Shown here: one piece after another, positions 9,487 through 17,772 of the stretch
How the letters are laid out: each line of letters opens with the position of its first letter
How positions within the stretch are numbered: the first letter of the stretch is position 1
Assembly (NCBI GenBank): GCA_025937235.1
Contig: JAICRU010000006.1
Coordinates: 1-60,759, forward strand
Reading direction: 5' to 3'
Origin: Acidimicrobiia bacterium
GTDB lineage: Bacteria > Actinomycetota > Acidimicrobiia > Spongiisociales > ZC4RG35
Length of the DNA: 60,759 nucleotides
Translations under genes and position numbers: made by a program
The notes under the pieces: model-generated
What the model saw: the letters and a program-made list of their open reading frames with translations, nothing else
Database searches by the model: none
Told to the model about the DNA's origin: nothing

Positions 9487-10138
9487 GACCGCGAATGGAG
9501 AGACGGAGGCCGCTGAGGCGGACGCCGACGCCGCTGTCGAGGCTGCGACGCCCGAGCCCCATCCTCTCCAGGAGTTCGCCGACCACGTGGCCGCCACCGT
9601 GGGAGGTGAGGGCGCCGTCGTCTTCGACACCGTGAAGGTCGAGGTCGACTCGGGAGACTGGGTCTCCGCGCTCACCACTGCCCGGGACGAAATGGGGCTG
9701 ATCTTCTTCTCCTGGCTGTCTGCGACCGACTGGTCCTCCGAGGTCCAGGTGGGGGATCCCTATCCAGAGGCGGTCGAGGATCGGATCGAGGTCCTGGCGA
9801 CGGTGGGTGACATCTCGGAGGGGCGACGGGTCACCTTCTCGACCACGCTCGGCAAGGACTCGCCATCGATCTCGAGCCTGGTCGGGGTGTACGCCGGGGC
9901 CAACTGGCACGAGCGGGAAGCTCATGAGATGTTCGGCATCGACTTCGAGGGTCATCCCAACCTCGCTCATCTCTACCTCCCTGATGCCTTCGTGGGGAAC
10001 CCGCTCCGCAAGAGCTTTCCGCTGCTGACCCGTGAGGTGAAGCCCTGGCCGGGCACTGTGGACGTCGAGGCGATGCCAGGTGGCGGCGATGAAGAAGAGT
10101 CCGCCGACGGGCCGTCGGAAGAGAACCCGGAGGCCTGA
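9467..10138 (+). CDS. nuoC: NADH-quinone oxidoreductase subunit C
   Basis: [20 protein letters not shown] and NPLRKSFPL. Confidence 0.93.
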   Translation: MTSSPSETANGETEAAEADADAAVEAATPEPHPLQEFADHVAATVGGEGAVVFDTVKVEVDSGDWVSALTTARDEMGLIFFSWLSATDWSSEVQVGDPYPEAVEDRIEVLATVGDISEGRRVTFSTTLGKDSPSISSLVGVYAGANWHEREAHEMFGIDFEGHPNLAHLYLPDAFVGNPLRKSFPLLTREVKPWPGTVDVEAMPGGGDEEESADGPSEENPEA

Positions 10139-11329
10139 GTGGTAGTCGATCAGGACCTGGTCCGCCACCTCTCCGAATCGTCGGTCTCGGTGGAGCTCCA
10201 GACCGAGGAGATGACCCTCAACATCGGCCCACAGCACCCTTCCACCCATGGAGTGCTGCGGCTTGTGGCCAGGGTCGACGGCGAGCGGGCCTTCGACGTC
10301 CAGCCCGTCATCGGCTACATGCACCGCGGCTACGAGAAGCTGTCCGAGGTGCGTACCTATCCCCAGATCACGACCCTGATCAACCGGATCGACTGGGTGG
10401 CCGGATACGCCAACGAGATCCCATTCGTGGTGGCGGCGGAGAAGCTGTTGGGGCTGGAGGTGCCGGAGCGGGCCCAATACATCAGGCTGATCCTCACTGA
10501 GATGGCCCGCATCTCCTCACATCTGATCTTCATGGCCTCCTACCCACTGGAGCTGGGAGCGGCCACGCCACTCTTCTTCGCATTGCGGGAGAGGGAACGG
10601 GTGCTCGACCTCCTCGAGGGGGTGACCGGTGGCCGGTTCCACCCCAACTTCAACCGGATCGGCGGGGTCAAACCGGCTTACGGCTCGGGCTCGAGCACAC
10701 GCAAGGTGATCCAGGATCTGCCCGCAGGGTTCCTCGCCGCGACGCGGGAAGCGATGGATCGAGTACTCGAGGCCGTCGAGGAGCTAGAGCTGCTGGTGGC
10801 CGACAACGAGATCATTCTCGCCCGGACCAAGGGGATAGGGGTGCTGCCCGCCGATGTGGCCGCCGCATACGGGGTCTCGGGGCCCAACCTGCGTGCATCG
10901 GGGGTCGCCTTCGACCTTCGCAAGGTGGAGGACTATCTGCCCTATCACCTGTTCGACTTCGAGATCCCCACCGGAGAGAACGGAGACTGTTGGGATCGTT
11001 GGCATGTCCGTCTGCTCGAGATCCGCCAGTCGGTCCGGATCGTCCAGCAAGCCATCGACGGGATCCCCTCCGGCCCGCTCCAGGCCAAGGTGCCCAAGAT
11101 CATCAAGGTCCCCCAGGGTGAGACATACGTACGCGCCGAGAACCCGAAGGGAGAGATGGGCTACTACCTGGTGTCCAACGGCAATCAGGGCCCCTACCGG
11201 CTCAAGATTCGCTCGGCCAGCTTCTCCAACATCTCCATCCTCCCCTGGATCCTGGAGGGGGTCCTGGTTCCCGACATCATCGCGATCCTGGGCAGCCTGG
11301 ACTTCGTGCTCGGAGACGTGGATCGATGA
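10139..11329 (+). CDS. nuoD: NADH-quinone oxidoreductase subunit D
   Basis: NIGPQHPSTHGVLRL, GYMHRGYEK, ENPKGE and GSLDFVLGDVDR. Confidence 0.96.
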   Translation: MVVDQDLVRHLSESSVSVELQTEEMTLNIGPQHPSTHGVLRLVARVDGERAFDVQPVIGYMHRGYEKLSEVRTYPQITTLINRIDWVAGYANEIPFVVAAEKLLGLEVPERAQYIRLILTEMARISSHLIFMASYPLELGAATPLFFALRERERVLDLLEGVTGGRFHPNFNRIGGVKPAYGSGSSTRKVIQDLPAGFLAATREAMDRVLEAVEELELLVADNEIILARTKGIGVLPADVAAAYGVSGPNLRASGVAFDLRKVEDYLPYHLFDFEIPTGENGDCWDRWHVRLLEIRQSVRIVQQAIDGIPSGPLQAKVPKIIKVPQGETYVRAENPKGEMGYYLVSNGNQGPYRLKIRSASFSNISILPWILEGVLVPDIIAILGSLDFVLGDVDR

Positions 11330-11460
11330 CATTCCGGCCGACTTCGAGTCTCGGCGACTCTCAGGCGGGCACCGGGCTGCCCGGGGGGCCTCCGCACCCT
11401 TCGGGTCGAACAGACGCCCGTCGGCCGGGGCTCCCGCTCCAAGATGAGGTCTGCCGGTGA
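11326..11460 (+). repeat. Structured intergenic repeat, copy 1 (nuoD/nuoH), containing a 44-aa bridging ORF
   Basis: CCGGCCGACTTCG...CGAACAGACGCCCGTCGGCCGGGGCT; starts at ATGA (nuoD stop) and ends at GTGA (nuoH start). Confidence 0.85.
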
Positions 11461-12464
11461 GCGCCTTTCTCTCCGACCTCTTCGCCAACTTCTGGGTGTC
11501 CCTGGCCGGGAAGCTGCTCCTTGTCGCCCTGATGATCCCTCTGGTCGGGATGGTGATCGGGTACGCCGAGATGAAGCTCTCGGCCAAGATGCAGGCCCGG
11601 GTGGGGCCCTACTTCGCCGGCGGGCGTTGGGGCTGGGCCCAACTCATCGCCGATGGGGTCAAGTTCTTCCAGAAGGAGGACCTGATCCCCGAGGAGGCTG
11701 ACCGCCCGGTCTTCAAGATCGCCCCGGTCCTGGTGCTCATCAGCACCGTTGCTCTCTTGGTCGTGATCCCATTCGGCCCCGGGATCATCTTCAGGGATCT
11801 CTCGGTCGGTGTCTTCTATGCACTGGCCATCTCCTCCCTCAGCACCGTGGGCATCCTCATGGCGGGCTGGTCATCGGGTAACAAGTACTCCCTGATGGGT
11901 GGTCTGCGGGCTGCCGGTCAGCTCATCGCCTACGAGTTGCCCCTGGTCCTCGCCGTGATCGGATCGGTGATGCTGGCCGGGACGATGAGCATGAGCGGCA
12001 TCGTGGAGGCCCAGATCGAGGCGGGCTACCCGTACCTGATCATCCAGTTCGTGGGTTTCGGGATCTTCATGGTCGCCGCCCTAGCCGAATTGAGCCGCAT
12101 TCCCTTCGACATGCCCATCGCCGAGTCGGAGTTGGTGATGGGCTATCTCACCGAGTACTCGGGCTTCCGCTTCCTCTTCTTCTTCCTCGCCGAGTTCGCC
12201 AACATGTTCACCCTCTCCGCGATCGCGGTGACCCTCTTCCTCGGCGGCTATTGGCTACCCGGCATACCCGAAGACGTCCTGGCCTATGCCGGGCCGGTGA
12301 TCGTCCTGGCCAAGACCTTCCTGCTGGTCTTCGCCATGATCTGGTTCCGCTGGACCTTCCCCCGCTTCCGGGAAGATCAACTGCAGAGCCTGGCCTGGAA
12401 ATGGCTGATCCCCCTTGCCCTGGCCAACATCATCATCACCGGAGCGTTCAAGGTGTACCTGTGA
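11457..12464 (+). CDS. nuoH: NADH-quinone oxidoreductase subunit H
   Basis: [36 protein letters not shown] and PRFREDQL. Confidence 0.96.
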   Translation: MSAFLSDLFANFWVSLAGKLLLVALMIPLVGMVIGYAEMKLSAKMQARVGPYFAGGRWGWAQLIADGVKFFQKEDLIPEEADRPVFKIAPVLVLISTVALLVVIPFGPGIIFRDLSVGVFYALAISSLSTVGILMAGWSSGNKYSLMGGLRAAGQLIAYELPLVLAVIGSVMLAGTMSMSGIVEAQIEAGYPYLIIQFVGFGIFMVAALAELSRIPFDMPIAESELVMGYLTEYSGFRFLFFFLAEFANMFTLSAIAVTLFLGGYWLPGIPEDVLAYAGPVIVLAKTFLLVFAMIWFRWTFPRFREDQLQSLAWKWLIPLALANIIITGAFKVYL

Positions 12465-12973
12465 CGGCGACTTCCAATCGGACCACCAACCGACGGGTTC
12501 TCCCCGGGATGGGGATGGCCAAGGGCCTGTGGGTGACCATCTACACCATGGTGCGCACCATCTTCCGCCCCGGGAAGTACCTGGCCACGGTCAACTACCC
12601 CCTGGTCAAGGAGACCCCGGTCCCGAGGGCGCGTGGGGTCATCGCCCTCGACCAAGAGGCCTGCACCGTATGCATGTTGTGCGCCCGGAACTGCCCCGAC
12701 TGGTGCATCTACATCGAAGGGCACAAAGAGGAGAAGCCGCCGGACAAGCCGGGCGGGAGGGTCAAGGTCCGCAACACCCTCGATCGATTCGACATCGACT
12801 ACGCCCTCTGCATGTACTGCGGCATCTGTGTCGAGGTGTGCCCGTTCGACGCCCTCTTCTGGTCCCCTGAGTACGAATACTCGGAAGTGAAGATGGGGGC
12901 CATGCTCCATGACATGGACCGGCTCCAGGACTGGTTGGAGACGGTCCCGCCCGATCCGGAGCTGGAGAAGTGA
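12461..12973 (+). CDS. nuoI: NADH-quinone oxidoreductase subunit I
   Basis: Two [4Fe-4S] motifs, [12 protein letters not shown] and [12 protein letters not shown]; GTG overlaps the nuoH stop. Confidence 0.95.
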   Translation: MTATSNRTTNRRVLPGMGMAKGLWVTIYTMVRTIFRPGKYLATVNYPLVKETPVPRARGVIALDQEACTVCMLCARNCPDWCIYIEGHKEEKPPDKPGGRVKVRNTLDRFDIDYALCMYCGICVEVCPFDALFWSPEYEYSEVKMGAMLHDMDRLQDWLETVPPDPELEK

Positions 12974-13115
12974 GCTTCGTGGATTGCCGGCCGACTTCGT
13001 CCTTCGGCAACCTCCCGATTGCCGACTCTCCACGCCGTGCGGGCGCAGGCACACCTCAGGGCGAACAGATGCCGGTCGGCCGGGGCTGCCGCCGCGCGGA
13101 AGGATGTCGTCATGA
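12970..13115 (+). repeat. Structured intergenic repeat, copy 2 (nuoI/nuoJ)
   Basis: ATTGCCGGCCGACTTCG...CACACCTCAGGGCGAACAGATGCCGGTCGGCCGGGGCTGCCGC; bounded by GTGA (nuoI stop) and ATGA (nuoJ start). Confidence 0.85.
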
Positions 13116-13663
13116 GCGTCAGTGAGTGGCTTGGCTCACCGGTCAATTGGGTGTTCCTCGTGGTGGCGTTGGCGACCCTCTTCTCGTCCTGGCGTGTCGT
13201 GACGGCCAAGAACGTCGTCCACGCCGCACTGTATCTGGTTGCTGCCCTGGGTGGTACCGCAGTCCTGTTCCTGATGCTGTCCGCCGAGTTCGTCGCTTGG
13301 GTGGTGGTGCTGGTCTACATCGGCGCGGTGCTCGTCCTCTTCCTCTTCGGGATCATGATCACGAGAGCCCCGACCGGGAAGGACGTCGGCCTCGACACCC
13401 CTCACAAGACCTGGCCAGCTCTTCTCTCGGTCGCCACCTTCGTGCTGCTCTCCTGGGCCTCGATCCAGGCGTTCGGCACCACCCAGGTCGAGAGCGTCGG
13501 CGAGCCGACCTCGACCGAGGTGCTCGGCCTAGCCCTGCTGGGTAGGTTCGTGATCCCCTTCGAGGTGGTGTCCTTCGTCCTCCTCGCCGCGTTGATCGGC
13601 GGGGTCACCATCGCCCGGCGCGACCTGAGCCCGGTCGAGGAAGAGGAGAGGAGAGCGGTCTGA
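13112..13663 (+). CDS. nuoJ: NADH-quinone oxidoreductase subunit J
   Basis: NVVHAALYL, AEFVAW, VYIGAV and PFEVVS; start at ATG 13112. Confidence 0.93.
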   Translation: MSVSEWLGSPVNWVFLVVALATLFSSWRVVTAKNVVHAALYLVAALGGTAVLFLMLSAEFVAWVVVLVYIGAVLVLFLFGIMITRAPTGKDVGLDTPHKTWPALLSVATFVLLSWASIQAFGTTQVESVGEPTSTEVLGLALLGRFVIPFEVVSFVLLAALIGGVTIARRDLSPVEEEERRAV

Positions 13664-13968
13664 TGCTCCTCAACCAGTTCCTGATCCTGGCCGCGGCGAT
13701 GTTCTCCCTCGGGATCTATGGCCTGCTCGTCCGGCGCAACATCGTCCTCATCCTGCTCTCGGTGGAGCTGATGCTGGCTGCGGTGAACATCAATCTGATC
13801 GCATTCGAATCGGTCCTCCGGAGCCCCGAGGCCATAGGCCAGGTGTTCAGCATCTTCGTGATCACGGTGGCCGCCGCCGAGGTGGGGATCGGCCTGGCCA
13901 TCGTCCTGATGATCTTCCGCAACCGGAAATCGGCCAATGTCGATGAGCTCGACTTGATGAGGTGGTGA
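13663..13968 (+). CDS. nuoK: NADH-quinone oxidoreductase subunit K
   Basis: RRN...SVELML and VAAAEVGIGLA. Confidence 0.95.
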   Translation: MLLNQFLILAAAMFSLGIYGLLVRRNIVLILLSVELMLAAVNINLIAFESVLRSPEAIGQVFSIFVITVAAAEVGIGLAIVLMIFRNRKSANVDELDLMRW

Positions 13969-14105
13969 GCAGCTTGCATTGCCGGCTGACTTCGCCCCTG
14001 AGCACCCCTCGCCTGTGTGTCGGGGCCTCGGCTCGCGCCGCCACACCTCGAGGCGAACAGACGCCGGTCGGCCGGGGCTACCGCTCCGTCGGGGGTGAGT
14101 CGTGA
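13965..14105 (+). repeat. Structured intergenic repeat, copy 3 (nuoK/nuoL), containing a 46-aa bridging ORF
   Basis: ATTGCCGGCTGACTTCG...CACACCTCGAGGCGAACAGACGCCGGTCGGCCGGGGCTACCGC; GTGA at both ends. Confidence 0.85.
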
Positions 14106-16129
14106 TCTCGGTGATGGCAACCGAAGCCGAGCAGGCGGTCGAGGCCGGCATCACCGGGGGATTCTGGGTCGACAACGCCGGGATCGTGCTGATCCTGCCC
14201 CTGGTCGCGTTCCTCCTCATCCTCGCCTTCGGTAAGCGGATGAAGAACAATGGCGCTGAGCTCGCCATCGGCGCCCTGGCCGTCAACAGCGTGTGGGCCA
14301 CGGTTCTCTTCGTCATGAACATGACCAGTGGCGTCCTCGGCCAGACGACATTCGAGATCGCTCGAATCGGCAGCGATCTCGTCTTCGAGCTCGGGTGGGT
14401 GGTCGACGGGCTCTCCATCATGATGTACTTCCTGGTGAGCGTGGTCGGTCTGATCGTGTTCATCTACGCGGTCGGTTACATGCACGGCGACGTCCGGGTC
14501 GATTGGTTCTTCGCGGCTTTCTCCCTGTTCGCCGGGTCGATGCTGATCCTGGTGGGCGCCCCCAACCTGATCCAGCTGATCATCGGGTGGGAGGGCGTTG
14601 GCCTCGCCTCCTACTTCCTGATCGGGTTCTACTGGGAGGACATGGCCAACGTGAACGCCGGCAACAAGGCGTTCATGGTGAACAGGTTGGCCGACATCGG
14701 TCTCATGCTGGGCGCGATCATCCTTGGCCTCGCCATCGGCACCTTCGACTTCGCCGAGATGGACCTGGCCGCCGCCGAGCACGTCGAGTCACTGGGGGCG
14801 GTCGCCGTCGTCGGCGGGGCTCTCCTGTTCTTCGGGGCGATGGGGAAGAGCGCGCAGTTCCCCCTTCACATCTGGCTCCCCGACGCCATGGCCGGTCCCA
14901 CCCCGGTGTCGGCTTTGATGCATGCGGCGACGATGGTCACCGCCGGCGTCTACCTCATGGGCCGGGTGTTCCCGCTGTTCGAGTACCTCGCTGCGGAGAT
15001 TCGCCCCTGGATGGTGGCGATCGGGGCCATAACGCTGTTCGCCATCGGCTTTCTCGCCCTGGTCGCCGACGACATCAAGAGGGTGCTGGCCTACTCAACG
15101 GTGTCCCAGCTGGGCTACATGATGACCGCGGTGGCCGCAGGGGGCTACACAGCCGGTCTGTTCCATCTCTTCACCCATGCCTTCTTCAAGGCGCTCCTCT
15201 TCCTGGGCGCCGGATCCGTGATCCATGCCGTGCACTCCAACAACATGAGTGACATGGGTGGCTTGCGAAAACAGATGCCCCGCACCTACTGGACCTTCGT
15301 GGTCGGCACGCTGGCCCTGGCCGGCATCATCCCGTTCTCCGGCTTCTGGTCGAAAGACGAGATCCTGGCCACCCTTGGCTTCGAGGGCTACACGGCGGTG
15401 ATGGTGATCGCCATTGCCGGGGCATTCGTCACCGCCTTCTATATGACGAGGGCCGTGGCGCTCACCTTCTTCGGGGATTACAAGGGCCACGGCCAGCCCC
15501 ACGAGTCGCCGGCGATCATGACCGTCCCCCTGGTCGCTCTGGCAATCCCGTCGATCCTCTTCGGGTTGTTCAACGTGCCCGGCTGGCATATACCGGGGAT
15601 CGGGAACTTCAGCGAGTGGCTGGCGGTGCGGGTTGTGCCGATGGGCGATCACCACCCGGAGGCGATCGATTTGGCCCTGGCCGGCAGCGGGCTGCTCGCC
15701 GCCGTGTTGGGCATCGTCGTGGGCTGGGTGATCTGGGGCAAGGACCGGGAGACCCAGGCCGAGAGGGATCGGTTCGACATCCCAGTGCTCTATCCGCTCC
15801 TGCACAACAAGTACTACATCGACGACCTGGCCGACGGCATCACGGCTGGCACCATGGGCCCGCTCGCCCGTTTCACCAACTGGGTCAACGATTACGTCAT
15901 CGATGGGGTCGTCAACGGTGTGGCCATCATGACCAGGGGCCTGGGCTCATTCGTCTACGGCGTCGTCGATCAGCGTGGCGTGGACGGGGTCATCCATGGT
16001 CTGGGCGCCGGCGCAGACGGCGCCGGGTCCGCATTGCGCAAATGGCAGACGGGCCGCATCCAGCAGTACGCAGCTTCGTTCGTTGCCGGCGCCCTGGTCC
16101 TGATCGTCCTGTTCGTATTCGTGATATAG
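14102..16129 (+). CDS. nuoL: NADH-quinone oxidoreductase subunit L
   Basis: GWEGVG, GKSAQFPLHIWLPDAMAGPTPVSAL, AYSTVSQLG, THAFFKALLFL and QTGRIQQY. Confidence 0.96.
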   Translation: MISVMATEAEQAVEAGITGGFWVDNAGIVLILPLVAFLLILAFGKRMKNNGAELAIGALAVNSVWATVLFVMNMTSGVLGQTTFEIARIGSDLVFELGWVVDGLSIMMYFLVSVVGLIVFIYAVGYMHGDVRVDWFFAAFSLFAGSMLILVGAPNLIQLIIGWEGVGLASYFLIGFYWEDMANVNAGNKAFMVNRLADIGLMLGAIILGLAIGTFDFAEMDLAAAEHVESLGAVAVVGGALLFFGAMGKSAQFPLHIWLPDAMAGPTPVSALMHAATMVTAGVYLMGRVFPLFEYLAAEIRPWMVAIGAITLFAIGFLALVADDIKRVLAYSTVSQLGYMMTAVAAGGYTAGLFHLFTHAFFKALLFLGAGSVIHAVHSNNMSDMGGLRKQMPRTYWTFVVGTLALAGIIPFSGFWSKDEILATLGFEGYTAVMVIAIAGAFVTAFYMTRAVALTFFGDYKGHGQPHESPAIMTVPLVALAIPSILFGLFNVPGWHIPGIGNFSEWLAVRVVPMGDHHPEAIDLALAGSGLLAAVLGIVVGWVIWGKDRETQAERDRFDIPVLYPLLHNKYYIDDLADGITAGTMGPLARFTNWVNDYVIDGVVNGVAIMTRGLGSFVYGVVDQRGVDGVIHGLGAGADGAGSALRKWQTGRIQQYAASFVAGALVLIVLFVFVI

Positions 16130-16145
16130 GAGAGGCTGAGAGCAA

Positions 16146-17759
16146 ATGGAATTGTTCGAAACATGGGCCCTGACACTCATCGTGTTCCTGCCTCTGGCCG
16201 GAGTCCTGCTCCTCGGTCTGGTGCCCAAGGCCAACGAACGCGCCCTCAAGGCGATCTCACTGCTCGTGACCCTGGCCGCTTTCGCCGTCTCCGTGGGGGT
16301 GATCTTCCGGTTCGACTTCTCCGGTCTCCCCTACAACACGTATCAGTTCGAGGTGACCGAGACCTGGATCGGTGCGATCAACGCCAACTATCACCTCGGG
16401 GTCGACGGGATCAGCCTCCCCCTCCTCGTCCTCTCCACCTTCATCATGGTCCTGGCGGTCATCTACAGCTGGAACCACTGGGAGGAGCCCCGCAACCCGA
16501 AGGCGTTCCTCATCCTGATGATGATCCTGGCCACCGGGCTCAACGGCACCTTCGTCGCCCTGGACCTGGTCCTCTTCTTCATCTTCTTCGAGGTGGTCCT
16601 GCTCCCCATGTACTTCATGATCGGGATCTGGGGCGATCGGACGCCCCGTCTCATACCCGGATTCGGGCGCGAGGTGCAGACCCGTCTTTATGCCGCCATC
16701 AAGTTCTTCCTCTTCACACTGTTCGGTTCCGCCTTCATGCTGCTCGGCTTCCTCGCCCTGTATTTCGAGTCGGGGAACTCGGGCGAACGCACCTTCGACA
16801 TCCCGCTGCTCACCGAGCTCGGTGCCTCAGGCGCCTTCACCGGCACATTCGCATTCCTCGTCTTCGGGGCGATGTTCCTGGGCTTCGCGGTCAAGGTCCC
16901 GATGTGGCCGCTCCACACCTGGCTCCCCGACGCCCATACCGCCGCCCCCACCGTCGGCTCGGTCCTTCTGGCAGCGATCATGCTGAAACTCGGCTCCTAC
17001 GGGTTCGTCAGGATCTCTCTGCCGATCCTGCCCGAGGAGGCCACCCGTTGGGCCCCGGCGATCGCCATCCTCGCCGTGATCGGGATCATCTACGGCTCAC
17101 TGGCCTGTCTGGCCCAGACCGACATGAAACGGCTGATCGCCTTCTCGTCGGTCGGCCATATGGGCTTCGTCATGCTGGGGATCGCCACCCTCACCGACGT
17201 CGGCATCAATGCGTCGATCATCGGGATGGTTGCCCATGGCTTGATCACCGGTCTGCTCTTCTTCCTGGCCGGATCGATGTCACATCGTTACCACACCAGG
17301 GAGATGTCCCGTCTCGGGGGCAACATGAAACTGATGCCCGTCATGGGAGGCATTCTCGCCTTCACCGCGATGGCCTCCCTCGGGCTGCCCGGCCTGGCCG
17401 GCTTCTGGGGTGAGTTCATGTCCCTGATCGGGTCTTACAACCCGCTCGAGGGTCTGTCCCTGGGTGTGTTCCGTACTGCCATGGTCCTCGGCGCCATCGG
17501 GACCGTCCTCACCGCGGCCTACATGCTCTATCTGCTCCAACAGGTCAATCTCGGTGAGCCGGGCGAGGAGTGGCAGGGGCGCGAGTTCCACGACGTGGAC
17601 CGCTTCGAGGCCACCGCTTGGGTCCCACTCATCGTCCTCATCGTGGTGATCGGCTTCTACCCGAAGGTCATCTTCAACTCGACCACGGACTCGGTCGTCT
17701 CGTTGGTGGAGACCGCGTTCAACGCCGAGACGACGGCGTCGTTGGGTCGTGGCGGATGA
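16146..17759 (+). CDS. nuoM: NADH-quinone oxidoreductase subunit M
   Basis: GVDGISL, FFEVVLLPMY, VKVPMWPLHTWLPDAH and LKLGSYG. Confidence 0.96.
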   Translation: MELFETWALTLIVFLPLAGVLLLGLVPKANERALKAISLLVTLAAFAVSVGVIFRFDFSGLPYNTYQFEVTETWIGAINANYHLGVDGISLPLLVLSTFIMVLAVIYSWNHWEEPRNPKAFLILMMILATGLNGTFVALDLVLFFIFFEVVLLPMYFMIGIWGDRTPRLIPGFGREVQTRLYAAIKFFLFTLFGSAFMLLGFLALYFESGNSGERTFDIPLLTELGASGAFTGTFAFLVFGAMFLGFAVKVPMWPLHTWLPDAHTAAPTVGSVLLAAIMLKLGSYGFVRISLPILPEEATRWAPAIAILAVIGIIYGSLACLAQTDMKRLIAFSSVGHMGFVMLGIATLTDVGINASIIGMVAHGLITGLLFFLAGSMSHRYHTREMSRLGGNMKLMPVMGGILAFTAMASLGLPGLAGFWGEFMSLIGSYNPLEGLSLGVFRTAMVLGAIGTVLTAAYMLYLLQQVNLGEPGEEWQGREFHDVDRFEATAWVPLIVLIVVIGFYPKVIFNSTTDSVVSLVETAFNAETTASLGRGG

Positions 17760-17772
17760 TGGCTCGTCCCCG

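Noticed and set aside
13019-13111. N-terminal extension of NuoJ in the ORF track
   Set aside because: It is read-through of repeat copy 2; ATG 13112 has an upstream GGAAGGA and matches the expected NuoJ length.
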